This document shows, piece after piece, positions 13,767 through 29,216 of a DNA stretch of 64,000 nt. Position 1 is the first letter of the stretch. Every line of letters begins with the position of its first letter. The notes below the pieces were generated by a model that searched no databases, was not told the origin of the DNA, and was given only the letters and a program-made list of their open reading frames with translations. Position numbers and translations under genes: made by a program. Source of the stretch: the human T2T-CHM13v2.0 reference genome, Homo sapiens; assembly GCF_009914755.1 (NCBI RefSeq), contig NC_060926.1, one strand, 5' to 3'.

Positions 13767-14001
13767 ACCAATAGGATGTCCACCAATCAGGGATCTTGAT
13801 CCAATAGCTTGGAAATGCCATTGATAATGAAACCAGAGAAAATCCATTTCTGGTCAGCTTATACTGTTCTGAGACTTTGAGGGTCGGGACAGAGAACGGA
13901 GAGTGATAGCAGCCACTCTGTGTTTGTTAGGTTTTTACAAACCAATACAGTGGCCCGAATGGCAGATGTTTTACAACAATCTCATGGCACAGAAATATCA
14001 A
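13767..14001 (+). repeat. Local direct repeat, copy 1 (235 bp, CCAAT-rich)
   Basis: Aligns to 14819-15092; first 44 and last 45 nt identical. Confidence 0.95.
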
Positions 14002-14818
14002 TTCTGGTAGGGACTTTTGTAGTTCTATGAGGTAAGTCTATGGAGAAAAAGATAGATTCTCAGTAATCAATCTGTTTAACATATTTCTGTTTATTTTCAA
14101 ATGTACCTAACAGAAATTGGGCAAATGGAAGGATGAGAATACAGATGGACTTAAAATAGTTCTAATTCTCCAAGGGCTGATTCCTGTTTTCTCTCTCATC
14201 ACCTGTGGCATTCTCCCACCACATTGGTGGTGTCCCCCACTTCAGGGTGTATAAGACTCACCTGGGAAAGACTAATTTTCAAAATCTGATACAGGTTGCC
14301 CTCCATCACACTGCCAGGCTGAGTCCCAAGCGAAAGGCAAGTCATTTGCAAATGAACATCATTAATGATCCTCAAAATCCAGGGGCAGTAAATTCTTTGG
14401 AAACAACTGCTCTGAGTTATTTTTCCTTATTCAGATTTAGAGGTTTGGATGGAGAATTGGTGGAGGCTGGAAATAAGATTATTAGAAACATAACTTTCTA
14501 GAGCTTCCTGTATAGAAAAATGACTGCCGCCCACAGTTTTTATTGTTGTGGTCAGTGTGCAACCTGACTACTCTTGTGTGTGTTTGACTTTAAACCTCTT
14601 AACTTAGATATTTAAAACATAATAAACCGCAGTACTTTTGTAAAGCCTATCTTTCTAACAGATGCCACCTATTCTGTTATAGTTTTAGACCGACAGTGTC
14701 TTTGCTCAGGTCACCTGCTTGGGGTTTGGAGTCTCACCTTAGTTCTCTTCTGTGGAAAATGCAAGCTGTCTGTGTTGGCGATTGGGTGGCACACACATAT
14801 CAAGTGCCTTGGAAGATC

Positions 14819-15092
14819 ACCAATAGGATGTCCACCAATCAGGGATCTTGATCCAATAGCTTTGGTCAGGTGGTAGCTGCTAGATCTAGAGGAACTCAGA
14901 AGTGCCATTGATGATGGACCCAGACAGAGAAAATCCAGTGCTGGTCGGTTTGTACTGCTCTGAGACATTGAGGGTAGGGACAGGGAACAGAGAGTGATAG
15001 CAGCCATTCTGTGTTTGTTACGTTTTTAAAAACCAATACAGCGGTCTGAATGGCAGATGTTTTACAACAATCTCATGGCACAGAAATATCAA
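14819..15092 (+). repeat. Local direct repeat, copy 2 (274 bp)
   Basis: Aligns to 13767-14001 with an extra ~35 nt after ccaatagctt. Confidence 0.95.
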
Positions 15093-15615
15093 GAGCTTTA
15101 TTCCAGAGACAGATCATCAAAGACAGGAAATAAAATTAGTAACCAGATTTTCTGAGCTCACAGTTTGCATTGAGCTTGATGTATTTTCTTACTCCTGTGG
15201 CTGAGTTGAGTTAGGAAGATGACCTGATGGAGGGGCTCTCTTTGTATCTTCAGAGCATCGATGGCTGCCTGTGCAAAGGTCACCTCGTGTAAAAGTGAGG
15301 TTCCCTCTTTGCTCACTGGGGCTTGAAAGTCCTGTACAGGGGAAACATATTCCCATTACTCAGTGAGAGATTAGGCTTAAAACCATGAAACTCCAGAGAT
15401 AGGGAAAGGACGATGTCGTAGAAAGCTATGCGTGATGGTTCAGGAAGGGATAGCTGACGATCTGGGGAGACCTAGGAGTGTACAAGCGGGAACATCTGAG
15501 GCCAATTGTAACCAACTCCCAGAAGTACAGTGCTCCCAAGCCTTAGCTTGGCACTTCCCTCTTTGTTGTGGCTGATTGTAGGAATGTTCTTCTTTTGTTT
15601 TGTGGTGTTTCCCTC

Positions 15616-16031
<416 letters not shown>

Positions 16032-16289
16032 TAAATTCTCTTCCTAGGGAATCCTGTTATGGAAGAGAATGGAAAGAAAAGAAGGAAGGGGAGGCAAAGA
16101 TAAGGAAAAGGAAGAAGTTACACTCCTGATAATTACATGGAAAGTACAGTCACTCCCATGGGAGTATGAGAGCTAGAAGAGACCCTGGGAGTCACATAGT
16201 GCAACCCACTCATTTACAGATAGGCAACCTAGGATCAAGAAAGCTAATGGTTTCTTCAAGGCAATACAGTCACCAAGGGCAAAGATGCG

Positions 16290-18250
16290 ACTGATATTTG
16301 AATATGCAGATACCCTATTTTTCCTCAAACTTTCACCTATTATTTTTAGTATCCATCAGTGGATCTTTTTGGAAACAATTAATACTGTGGTGTTTGCCTA
16401 GTAGGGATTTTCTATTTTCCTCATTCCTACCACTTTATTAATGGGAAGCAAGAGTTGTCTCTTCTCCAATTATTTATTTATTCAATTAATTATGACTTAT
16501 GTCAGCATGCAGTCACAGATATTTATTTTATGCTTTGGGTTACAATCCAATATTATGATTTATTTATTTTCTTGCCAATTGTTCCAAGCATTAACGTTGA
16601 GAGCTCCTTCAGGTTGGCCCCTGTGTCCCTTTGAAGTGCCTCTATCCTTTTTTGAGTACTTCCTTACTTTATTTCTCATCTTGTAGTTTCCCTGCCAACC
16701 CTGCAGTCAATCATTTCTCCAAGGAGAGCTGGTTCTTTTTCCTAGAGAATGGTATTTAAAAACCAGCATCTGGTCTCTGGGTGTGCTCATTGCTACTGAG
16801 TTGTTGCTGCTTCTAGGCCTACCCAAAGCTATGAAGTAAACTCACGTATATTAACTCACGCATTTGCACACAGATCTGTATGCACGTATATTAGAAATCA
16901 TGAGTTTATACTGATAACTCTGATTCCAATTCAAACAACAGGGCTTTTTTCTAGCCTGCCCTCTTTCCTATTTCAAACATTCTTCTATGAGAAAGCAGAA
17001 ACCTGGCTTTCATTGTCTATTGTATGTTTACATATTTGCTCACCCCCTGTGTACACAACAAGTAGTTTCAGAATTGCTAACTCATACCCTGGTGAGAGAC
17101 ACATTTACTAACTGGAATACGGTATTTTTCTTTGTGAATTTAACCTTACAGTATCTAGTCAAAACAGTATTTCCGAAGTTTCTTTAATTAGCCTTTTTTT
17201 CCCCCTCTTTTGGTGTGGTTTTATTACTTATAACAAGTTAGGTTCATTTGTAACTACTTGCATTTTACTTTGGGTTTCCTCTATATCCTGGTTGCTTTTA
17301 GTTAATCATTTTTTGGCTAAGCGAAATATTACTAAGTTTCTAATATTCAGTGCTATACACAAAAGTGTACTCAGAGAGCTACCACTCTTTCCTCATTCCA
17401 GCTACCCCCTTTCCATCACTTCCCTTTTTTCCTACATACCTCATGTAGGTGGCAAGATATCTTTAGTCTCTGGCTTATCCTTCCTATATTTCTTTCACAC
17501 ATAGAGATCTACCTCATTCATTTTTTTACAGCCACAGAATAATCTATGTTATGGATATACTGTAGCTTACTCCACCCCTCTCTTGTGTATTTAATCCTTC
17601 TTCCCAACATTTGGTCATTACAAACAACGTTACAGTGAATAACCTTATTATATAAATTTTAGTGTTGTTTGAATTATATCTTCAGGGTAGGTTTCTAGAA
17701 ATGTTGTTGTTAGGCTCAAAGGTAAGTGCATTTGTAGTTTTGTTAGGTATTGCCAAATTCTCCTCCAGAGGATTTGTACAGTTTTCATTCCACTGAGTGA
17801 AGTCTGTTTCCTCAAAGTCTCATCAATAGAATGTGTTCTAATATTTTTCAATTTTTGCCAGTTTGATAGGTGATCAATGGTAACTTCATGTAGCTCTAAT
17901 TATGAGTGCTTTTGAGCAGTTTTTCATCTGTATAAGGGTCATTTTAATATGTTTTCAATGTATTGTCTGCTCATATTATTTTCCCATTTTTCCATAGGGT
18001 TTTGGTATTTGGTCCATCAATTTTGAAGAGTACTTTCTACATTAAGAATTGTAGCCTTTTGTCATATTGAAAAAATTTTCTCCCAGTTCGTCACTTGTCT
18101 TTCGACTTTGTTCATGTTTGCCGTGCAAACTTTTTAAAATTTTTTTATATAGTCAAATGCAGTAATCTATTTTTTTATTGCATCTGGACTTTAACTCACA
18201 GAAAAAGCCTTTCCCTTCACTTAGGTTAAAGATAAACTCATTTCATGAAA
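16290..18250 (-). mobile_element. Ancient L1 (L1MC/L1MD-like) 3' UTR and ORF2 end
   Basis: caatcatttctccaaggag...agaatggtattta, gggtgtgctcattgctactg, taggtattgccaaatt, ttttgccagtttgataggtg. Confidence 0.7.
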
Positions 18251-18290
18251 GCCTCAATATTGTTTTAGGGAGTCAGAAAATGGAGTTTGA

Positions 18291-18769
<479 letters not shown>

Positions 18770-20658
18770 TTAAAGTTGGAAGCTTTAAAGAGCAGAACAG
18801 AGAACTCAACTATTGCCCACCACACAGGAGTCAGAATTTTTAGTCTGAATCCTGCCAAGTTAGAGGGATGTGGTAAACTCATGCCTTAGGAGTAAAACTA
18901 TGTCTCAGGAAAAGGGATTGCCTAAGGACTGAAGCTACAACCAAAAGAGGCTAAAGGCAAGCCAAAATATATTCTTCCTGACAAAGCATAAAATCAAGAC
19001 TCTATAAATTCAAGTTTATCTGCTAGTGTTTTAACTGCATGCTAGAATAAGACTCAATACCCTTTAGAGGAAGTCAACAGGATTTAGGGTCAGTATCATT
19101 ATAGTGTCCACTAGATACTTAAATATTATCAGGCATGGGAAGAAATAGGAACACATGATCCATAGCCAAGAGAAAAATCATCAAGAGAAGAAGACCCCAA
19201 AATTCCCAGATATTGAAATTAGCAGACAAGGGCTTTTAAAAAATATGAATTTATAAAAGAGTAGGTGGAACATATGAATAAAAGGGATGAAGAGAGAGGA
19301 AATTTCAGGAGATTGTTGAACGATATGAAAAAGGAAACCAAATGGAAATTCTAGAACTGAAAAATACAATAGTATTAATAAAAAAATAAATGGATGGGAT
19401 TAACAACACACTGGGCAAAAAGAGAAAAGTGTCAGTGAACCTGATTAATAGAAATCATTTGAACTAAAACACATAAAGAAAAATATTGATAAAATAATCA
19501 GAGCCCTCATGACCTGTGGGGTAGTAACACACACTCTAACATATATGTAATTGGAGTCTAAGAAGGAGATGAGAGAGAGAATAGCATAGAAAAAGGATTA
19601 GCCAAATATTTTTTAAATTTTTATCAATAATGACAGCACATAAATTCAAGATTCTAGCAGGAGAGGATGAAAAACAAACAAATATAAAAATAAGAGCCCA
19701 TCATAGTATAATTGCTGAAAACTAAAAATAAAGAATAAATCTTAAAAGTTAGAAGAGAACAAAGAACATTAGATGCAAGAAATAATGGTAGAATGATGGT
19801 TCACTTTTCATTAGAAATTGTATAGCCAAAGGACAATAGAAAGATATCTTTACCATGCTGCTGAAAGCAAAAAAGAATCTACCTTGAGCTCTGAATCCAG
19901 TCGTGTGTGCATATGTGTATGTATTAAAATGAAATAAAAGCATTTTCAGTAATAGAATTTGTCACCAACAGACCTATACTACAAGAAATGCTAAGGAAGG
20001 TACTTTAAGCTAAACAAAATGAAAGTAAATGGAAATGCAGATCTAAAGTAAGGAAGAACACTGAAAATGCTAAACATATAAGGAACTATTAAGGACTACT
20101 TTTTTTGTCTTAAGCCTTTTTGAATTCAATTGACGGTTTATAGCAAAATAATTACAATTATTTAGGGTTTATGGCATATATAAAAGTGAAATGTATGGCA
20201 AAAATAATGTAAAAGATAGGTTGTAGTGTAAATGGAATTATGCTATTATAAGATTTTTACATAATATATGAAGTAGTATCATATTAATTCAAAGCAGACT
20301 GTTATAGGTAAAGACTATAGATTGTAATATAGGAGGTAGTAGACTGAGACAAAAAGGAAAACCCTTAATCTGAAAGAAGACATGGAAGAAGAAACAAAAA
20401 TCAAAGGAGAAGGACTACAAATAGCAGTATGACAGACTTATACCCAACAATATCAATAATTACATTAAATGTAAATGGCCCCAATATTCTAATTAAAAGG
20501 CAAACATTGTTATAGAAGGTTAAAAATAAGCAAGGGTCTTCCATATGCTTTGAATGGAAAGACAAGGACAGGAAAAGATATAGCATGCAATTACTGAGCA
20601 TGAGAGAGACTATGTTAATATCAGATAGAGGAAACTTTAAAACAAGGAATGTTACCAG

Positions 20659-20962
<304 letters not shown>

Positions 20963-21161
20963 GGAGTGTATTACCAGGGATAAAGAAAGTCATTTTTTGA
21001 TTATTAAAGGATAATTTCATCAAGAAGACAAAATAATTCTACACAGGTATACTCCATAATAGAGATTAAAAAATACATGAAACAGAAATTGACAGAACCA
21101 TGGAAGAAATAGACAAATTCAGTAATTGATGAAATAAGTAGGTAAAAATGTAATATGACTA

Positions 21162-21513
21162 TAGGCATACCTCATTTTATTGTGCTTTGTTTTATTGCAT
21201 ACTGCAGATGTTGTGTTTTTTACAAATTAAAAGTTAGTGGGAACACTGTGTTAAACTGGCCTCTTGGTGCCATTTTTCCAACAGCATATGCTCACTTCAT
21301 GACTCTGTTAGAATTTTTTTAGCAATAAATAATTTTTTTGAGGTGCCTACTTTTTTTAGACATAACGTTATTGCACACTTAGTAGAATATAGTGTAAATG
21401 TAACTTTTATGTGCACTGGGAAACCAAAAAGTTTGTGTGACTTGCTTTATTGACATATTTGCTTTATTGCAGTGGTCTGGAATCAGACTTACAGTATCTC
21501 CAAGGTATGCCTG
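21162..21513 (+). mobile_element. Internally deleted Tigger1 DNA transposon inside L1
   Basis: Terminal inverted repeats (t)aggcatacct...aggtatgcctg, both flanked by TA; both Tigger1 ends present, transposase absent. Confidence 0.88.
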
Positions 21514-22300
21514 TATAGAAGATGTGAATAACACTGTCATCTAATTCAATCTTCTTGATATTTGTAGGCATTTATTGAAAACTACACCCAGAGCTACAGT
21601 GCTGGCCATAAAACAAATCTCAATAATCCTTAAAAAGATTAAAGTAATGCAGAGTGTATTCTATGTTGACAATGAAATTAAATTACAAATTAATAACAAA
21701 AAGATATCTGGAAAATCTTCCAAATATTTGGCTATTAAGAAACACAGGTCTAAATAACTTGTGAATAAAAGAAGCAATCACAAGGGGAATTAGAGAATAT
21801 TTCAAACTGAATGGTAATGAAAACACAACATACTAAATTTTGTGAGGTGCAGTAAAAGGGATCCTTAGAGGGAAATTCATAGCTTGAAATGCTTATCTTA
21901 GAAAATATTTTTAAAAAGGTTTTAAATAAATGATGCAAGTTTCTACCTTAAGAAGCTAGAACAAGAAGAGCAAAATCAGTAGAATAAAGGTAACAATAAA
22001 GATGAGAGATAATGAAATAGAAAACAAACTATAGAGCAAATCAATAAGCCCAAAAGTTTGTTCTTTGAAATGTTTAATAAAATTTCTTGATCCCTAGCAA
22101 GACTGATCAGGAAAAAAAGATAAAGTACAAATTAACAACGTCAAGAATGAAAGCGGATATTATAATGTCATACCACATACTACAGACATTATACAATATG
22201 AGAATATTATGAACAACTTAATGCAAACAAGTTCAGTAACTTAGAATAAATTCCTGGAAAAATACAGCTCTCAAAAGTTAACAACAACAAAAAAAATGGG

Positions 22301-22636
<336 letters not shown>

Positions 22637-24981
22637 TTAAATGAATTTAATTCGCTTTTTTTCTTTTCTTTTCTTTCTTTTCTATTTTATTCCATAACAA
22701 CAACGTTTCAGTCAAAATGAATTTAATTTGTAATGAACACATTCCCACAAAGAAAGCTCCAGGTCCAGATGGTTTTACTGTTGAATTCTATCAAACATTT
22801 AAAGACAAAATAGTATCAGTCTTACATAAAACTCTTTCAAAAACCAGTGTAAGACTGATACCCAAAATTAGTAAGTACAGTACAAAGAAAACAATTACAA
22901 ACAAATATTCTCCACGAATATAGGTGAAAATACATAATAGAATACATCATAACAAAGTAGTGTTTATTATAAGAATGCGAGGTTGGTTTAATAGTCAAAA
23001 CATGTCAATAAAATATACAATACTAACAAAGGAGAGAGCATATGATTATATTATGGGGAAAATATATTTGATGAAATCCAACATGAGCTGATGATGAAAA
23101 GTCTCAGCAGAGCAGAAATAGAAAGGGATTTCCTCAATTTTTGGAGAGTATATCTACAAAAGAACCTACAGCTAACCTCATACCTAATAGTGAAATATTA
23201 CACACTTTTCTCCTAAAGACGGAACAAGGCAAGAATGTCCAGTTTACTACTTTTATTTAACATTGTATTGGAGGGCCTAGCCAGTGCAACGAGACAGGAA
23301 AAAAGAAATAGAAGAATTTACCAAACTAATAGCTCAAAACAGGGCTACAGGATACAAACTCAATATCTAAAACGAATTTTGTTTTATATGTTATCAAACA
23401 ATTGGAAAATAAAATTTAATTTACAATATCATCTAAAAACATGAGTTTCTTAGGAACACATTTAATAGTAAAACCAAAACATGCAATATCTGTACACTAA
23501 AGACTACGTAACACCCAAGGAATAATTGAAGCAAGCCTAAGTAACTGGAGTAGTATGCTGTGCTTGTGTATGGGAAAACTCCACATTGCCATAATGTTCA
23601 TCCTCCTGAAATTAGCCTATAGATTCAGCACCATTTCAAGCAAAATCTTGGCAGGAATGTTTGTAGAAACTCATAAGCTGATTTGACAATCACATGGAAA
23701 TGTGAATGGCCTAAAATAGCCCAAACAACTTCAAAAAACATTGAAGAAATGTAGAGGGATTGTACTACCTGATTTCAAAGCTTGTGCTAATGCTTCAATA
23801 ATACAGACATGGTACTGGCATCAGAATAAGCAGAGAGATCAATGGAACACTACAGAGTCCAGAAATTGACCCACATGTATATGTTCACTTGATTTTTTGA
23901 CAAAGGTATGAAGGAAATTCAATGATGAAAAGAATTTTTTAATAGTGCAGGAAACATCTAGATATCTGAAGGAAAATAAATTAACTGTGACCTTCTTTTC
24001 TGCATAATACACAAAGGTTAATTTGAGATTGATCATAGACTTCAATGTAAAAGGGAAAAACTATAAACTTCTCAAAAGAAAACATAGGAGAATATCTTTG
24101 GGAAGTTGGCATAAACTGAGATTTCTCAAAAAGACACAAAAAGTACTAATTGGTAAATTAAATCTTGATAAATTGAATCTTTTCCAAAAGTGAACATTTT
24201 TCTTCTCTAAAAGATATCATTAAGAACATACAAAGACAAACCATAGCCTTGGAGAAATTATTTGCAATACCTGTATCTGGCAAAACACTTCTATCCAGAA
24301 TATATAAAGAATACCTACAATGCAATAATGTATAGATACAACCCAGGAAGAATTGCACAAAAAGCTTTAAAAGATATCTCATAAAAGAATATAAAAGAAT
24401 GGTTAATGAGCACATGCAACTTTGCCTAATTTGTGTTAGTCATCCCAGAAATGGAAATTAAAACCACAGTGAAACACCACGACACACCCACTGAAATGAT
24501 TAAACTAAAATGATTGACAACACTCCATCCTGGCAATGCTACAAAGCAACCAAAGCTCTCATAATGGCTATCTGAAATCTAAAATGGTAATCACCACTCT
24601 GGAAGACAGAGTGGCAGTTTCTTATAAGGTTAAAAGTACACCTATACTATGAGCCAGCAATTCCCTTCCTAGATATTTGGCCAAGAGAAATTAAAATATA
24701 TTCTCACAAAAAGACTTGTACAGGAATGCTCATAACAGCTTTATTAATAATATCCAAAAACCAGAAACAGGAAGCCAAATGTTCAACATGACACTAGATA
24801 AATAAACTGTGATATCTGTCATACATTGGAATACTGCTTGGCAATAAAAATGAATAAACTGCTGCCACATGGAACAACATATGTGAATTTTAGACATTAT
24901 GTTTAGTGAAAGAAGCCTGACACAGAATAGTTAATACTGTATAATTCCATTTGTGTGCCATTCAGTGGGGGGTGAAATTAG

Positions 24982-25293
24982 TTTTGTTTCTGTTTTCTTT
25001 TGTTTTAGAGACGGGATCTTACTCTGTTGCCCAGGCTGGAGTGCAGTGGTACAATCATAGATCACTTCAACCTCTACTTCCTGGGCTCAGGCAATCCTCC
25101 TGCGTCAGCCTCCTGAGTAGCTAGGACTATGGGCATGTCCCACCACGCCTGGCTAATTTTTTTAATTTTTTTTTTTTGAGTTAGGGTCTCACTGTATTGC
25201 CCAGGCTGGTCTCAAACTCCTGACCTCGAGTAATCCTCCCTCCTTGGCCTCCCAAAGTGCTGGGATTACAGGTGTGAGCCACTGTGCCTGACC
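24982..25293 (-). mobile_element. Alu (AluJ-type) in L1 3' UTR
   Basis: T-rich tail, gagacgggatcttactctgttgcccaggctgg...gagccactgtgcctgacc. Confidence 0.95.
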
Positions 25294-28200
25294 CCAAACC
25301 AGTTGATGGTGATCTGGTGATCACAGTCTGAGGGGAGAGGGTGGTACTGCCTGGTGGGGGAGTTCAGAGAGAGGGTATAGGAAATGTTCTGTATCTTGAT
25401 CTGGGTGATTCCATGGGCATATGTGCATGTAAGGAATCCTAGAGCTTTAAACTTAAGACTTACGTGTGCTACACATCTGACTGTATGTGTTTTCTACTTC
25501 AGTGAAAACATTTACAATTATAACTTAAACAGGTCCTCACAGCAGTCAGACAGATTGTTTGCATTACAGGTACTGTCTTTTCATGTGAAAATGGAAATTT
25601 AGAAATCTAGAACAGGCTTCAGCTGCTGAATCTTGATACACCTACTGGGGGAAGAAGCAATGGCTAATGACAACAGCTCACACTCATCACGTGTCCATCC
25701 TGGGCCAGGCCCCGTGCTAGGCACTTTGCAGTGTTACATCGAAAAATGGCAGTGGGTGCCCAGGCCAGCCAGCAGCATGGAATCCAGGTAGCAGGGTGAC
25801 TGACAGATGGTGGGGGTGGTCTGTACCAGTAGCCAGGGTCACAGAAGCCTGGCAAGAGGCAAGCAGTGGAGGGCTGGCCCTGAACACAGGCAGATGGGCC
25901 CTAGAGAGTCTGGATATTCTATTCACTGGGGAGGATGGACCCCTGGAAGCAGGGCCCCAGCAAGATGGTGAGGAAGGGCCAGTCATGGAAGTTGGGCAAA
26001 TCAGCCAGCAAGATAATGGGACAAGACAGAGCTCAGTTTCAGAAACAGGCAAATCAATGGGGACATGTGACAAGCTCTGGTCTCATGACTGAAGAGCATA
26101 CAATTGAAGTGACATTTTCTAGCTTACCCTACACCAATTGCTAGTGAGTTTGACTTGGCGTAAGTGACAACACCGCACTACAGTTTCTTGAAGTTCCCCC
26201 CTGATTAGGGAGCAGACTTGCCCTGGGGTGAGGCATTACTGGAGGTGGTGGTATTGGGGTGTGCAGAAATGAGCCTGTTATTCTATTTTGCCCTGTCTGC
26301 ACAAGGCCAGAGGGCAGGCCCTCGTGGTGAGCTGGGATCACAGACATTTGTTGAGTTCCTGCCATAGCGAGGAACTGTTCAGAGTCCATTGTCTTGCCAC
26401 ATAACCAGCAATCTTACCGCAGAACTGAGAAAAGGGACCCCAGAAAGTTGTCAGACCACACGCCCTCACCATTTCTGCGCAAGCTCAGCAGTGGCAGCAG
26501 CTTCCTGCCTCCAGCAGCACAGTAGGGTGGGGACATTTCTGCCACTAGAGGCCAAGTGGGGAGCAGTGGCCTTTATTGGGGAGGAGGCATTTAGAACCAA
26601 GCATGCAGGTGACATGCATGATTAGGACACAGCAGAGAAAGAAGTGCAGAGAAGGGAGAGAGGGGAGTCAGATTCATCCCCGTCAACGCCTTCACCTTCT
26701 CTGGGGGCAGTGCTAACTCCAGCCTGCCTGCTTGCCAGCTTCGTGGCTTAGCGGTGGAGAACCATGGCCACTTACTGACCTAGAATTCCATGTGGCAGCT
26801 CTTGGTGACCTGTTCAGATTCCTGCCCCTCCTTCCCTGCTTGCCAGCACCTTGGGCAGTTAGGTAGTGTGGTTCTGGTTTGGTTAGTGGTATTGTAGTTG
26901 TTACTGTTGTTTAATCCCTGATATTGTTTCGCTCCTTACTGGCAGGTATCTGAAACCTCTCTCCCTGCCGCTTGCAAAGACATTCATAAGTTTTCTTGAA
27001 GTTCTGAAAAGTGAGTGGGTTTTAGTATTCTTAAAGGCTTAGCCAAAAATGTAAGTCCCTTAGTTACGGTAAAATACATAAAAATGCTTAGTTGAAACTT
27101 CAAATATATAGCTAAATAAAAAATTAAGGAACAAAATGACCTGTAAACATTTTTATTTTTGCTGACTAGGTCCTTTAAAAAAAATGCTGCTTACCAGTTC
27201 TGAGGTGTGAGGATGACAGTTCCTGTCCCCGAGGAACTCTGTCTGGGAGGGAAGGATGGCAGGGGAAGTGCAGGGAGAGGGGACGGAGGAGGGAGCAGCG
27301 GGGAGGGAGGAGGCACATACCGTGGGGTGGGCTTGGTGCATAGGGGCTAGGATAGCCGTGAGACTGGAACTGAGTCTGGAATAACAAATGGCAGAGCGTG
27401 CCCTGTCCTATCATCCCCAGGCAGAGAGTGGGACTGACCTTTGAGGCAAGGCATGGGGATGTCAGTGAGTGACTGGCAAGTTCAGCCTGGGCGTGAAGCC
27501 CATCAGTATCCCATTGGGTCACAGGCTAGAGAGGCTGACGGACAGGGTGATTGGGTGGCGGATGGGCCCACAGTCTTGTGTGCCCTGTGTGAGGCTGTGG
27601 ACCTTCCATTTCTCCCTTCCCTGTAGGGGTCATGGCCTGATCACATGGGAGTTCTAGGGAGAGCCTTCTGAGGTCCGTGCTGAGAGAGTGACCATTCAAA
27701 GGCCGTAGTAACCAAGGGCCCAGAAGAGTGAGGATGCAGCCCGAGCTTGGGTGGTAGCAGAGAGGCTGGGGGGGGTGTTGGTGGGACTTGGGACGCTGTG
27801 ATGGGGAGCGAGCTGAGGGAGGGGTCAAAGCTGGGAAGAGAGGATGCCATAGTGGAGTTGGAGACACAGAGCCCCAAGGAGCCCCAAATTGCAGTTGGGT
27901 TAGCACTTCCCTTGCCAGTCCCTTCTTCACTGGATTTGCCCCAAACCCCTCATGGGGTAGATTTTCCGCATACTATACCCATCACCTCCCACTCACAGCC
28001 CCAAGAATGCCTCCTGCAGCTGCCTCATGGGCCCAGCACCAGCTGAGCTGCTGCAGAGATTCAGGAAACAAAGATCTTGAGGCCTAATTTCTTTCCCATA
28101 TTAAATGTACATTTTTCTGCCTTATGTCAGCTTTAAGCAGTCACTAAGGGCAGTCAGGTTCCATAACATAGTCTTCAGCTGAACGTGAAGATCATATTAT

Positions 28201-28920
28201 TGAAACAAGATCTTTCTAGCTGACCGTACTCCAAATGCATGCTTTGGTGCCTGTAAAATCTATTTAAGGCCTCCTGATTTTCCCCTTTCTATTCCTCCAT
28301 CCACCAGGACAGTTAAGGAGGAACTTTCAAAATGAGGAAACTGTTAAAAAATGGGAGAAAGTATCAAACATTTATTTACACATCTGTTGTTGGAAATTAC
28401 CAAGATCAATTTCAGGAGAGTAGAGTTCAAATGCGTGCTAAATGACCAAAAAGAATGGATCATCCAACAATCATTTTCTATTCCGAAAGGCTCGGTAATG
28501 AAAACCGGACTCTTCATTTGACACAAAAGGGAAGAAGGAGGAGAAATTGGAAAGTAATATATTCAATTATAGAAGCCCTTTGCCAAGGCCCTGTTGATTT
28601 CATGTTCTGACAGTTTCAGTTAAGCCTCAACAGGGAAAAGTTTCAGAAACAGGTCAGATCAAACACGTACCGTTTCCCACTCCTGGAACTTGTGTGTGTG
28701 ACAAAAATGGTCAAGTCTTCACCAGGCATAGACTTTGTCTTTGGGGTCTGTTTATATTGCCGGACTCCAGACCAGAGCTTGGAAGACAGCGTGCGTGAAA
28801 GAAGAGGCTGCAGAGATCCTGGCAGGCCCCGCAACTGCCGTGCAGTGAGTGGCTGACCCCCTGTGCTGAATTTGCTCTATTTCTCTGCCCTCTGAATCCA
28901 CACTGAATTCACTTTCTTTT

Positions 28921-29216
28921 TCTTTTTCTTTTTTTTTGAAACGGAGTCTCCCGCTATCACCCAGGCTGGAGTGCAGTGGCACAATCTTGGCTCACTCCAA
29001 CCACTACCTCTCCGGTTCAAGCGATTCTCCTGCCTCAGCCTCCCGAGTAAATGGGATTACAGGCACATGCCACCACACCCAGCTAATTTTATATTTTTAG
29101 TAGAGATGGGGTTTCACCCTGTTGGCCAGGCTGGTCACGAACTCTTAACCTCAAGTGATCCACCTGCCTCGGCCTTCCAAAGTGCTGGGATTGCAGGCAT
29201 GAGCCACCGTGCCTGG
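28921..29216 (-). mobile_element. Alu (AluS-type)
   Basis: Full antisense dimer; TSD tgaat(t/c)cactttcttt. Confidence 0.96.

Noticed and set aside
13551-15007. Two - strand ORFs sharing AIGSRSLIGGHPIG
   Set aside because: The shared peptide simply reflects the 44-nt identical block of the DNA duplication
22717-23444. ORFs with reverse-transcriptase-like peptides
   Set aside because: Short remnants of the decayed L1 ORF2; frame broken many times
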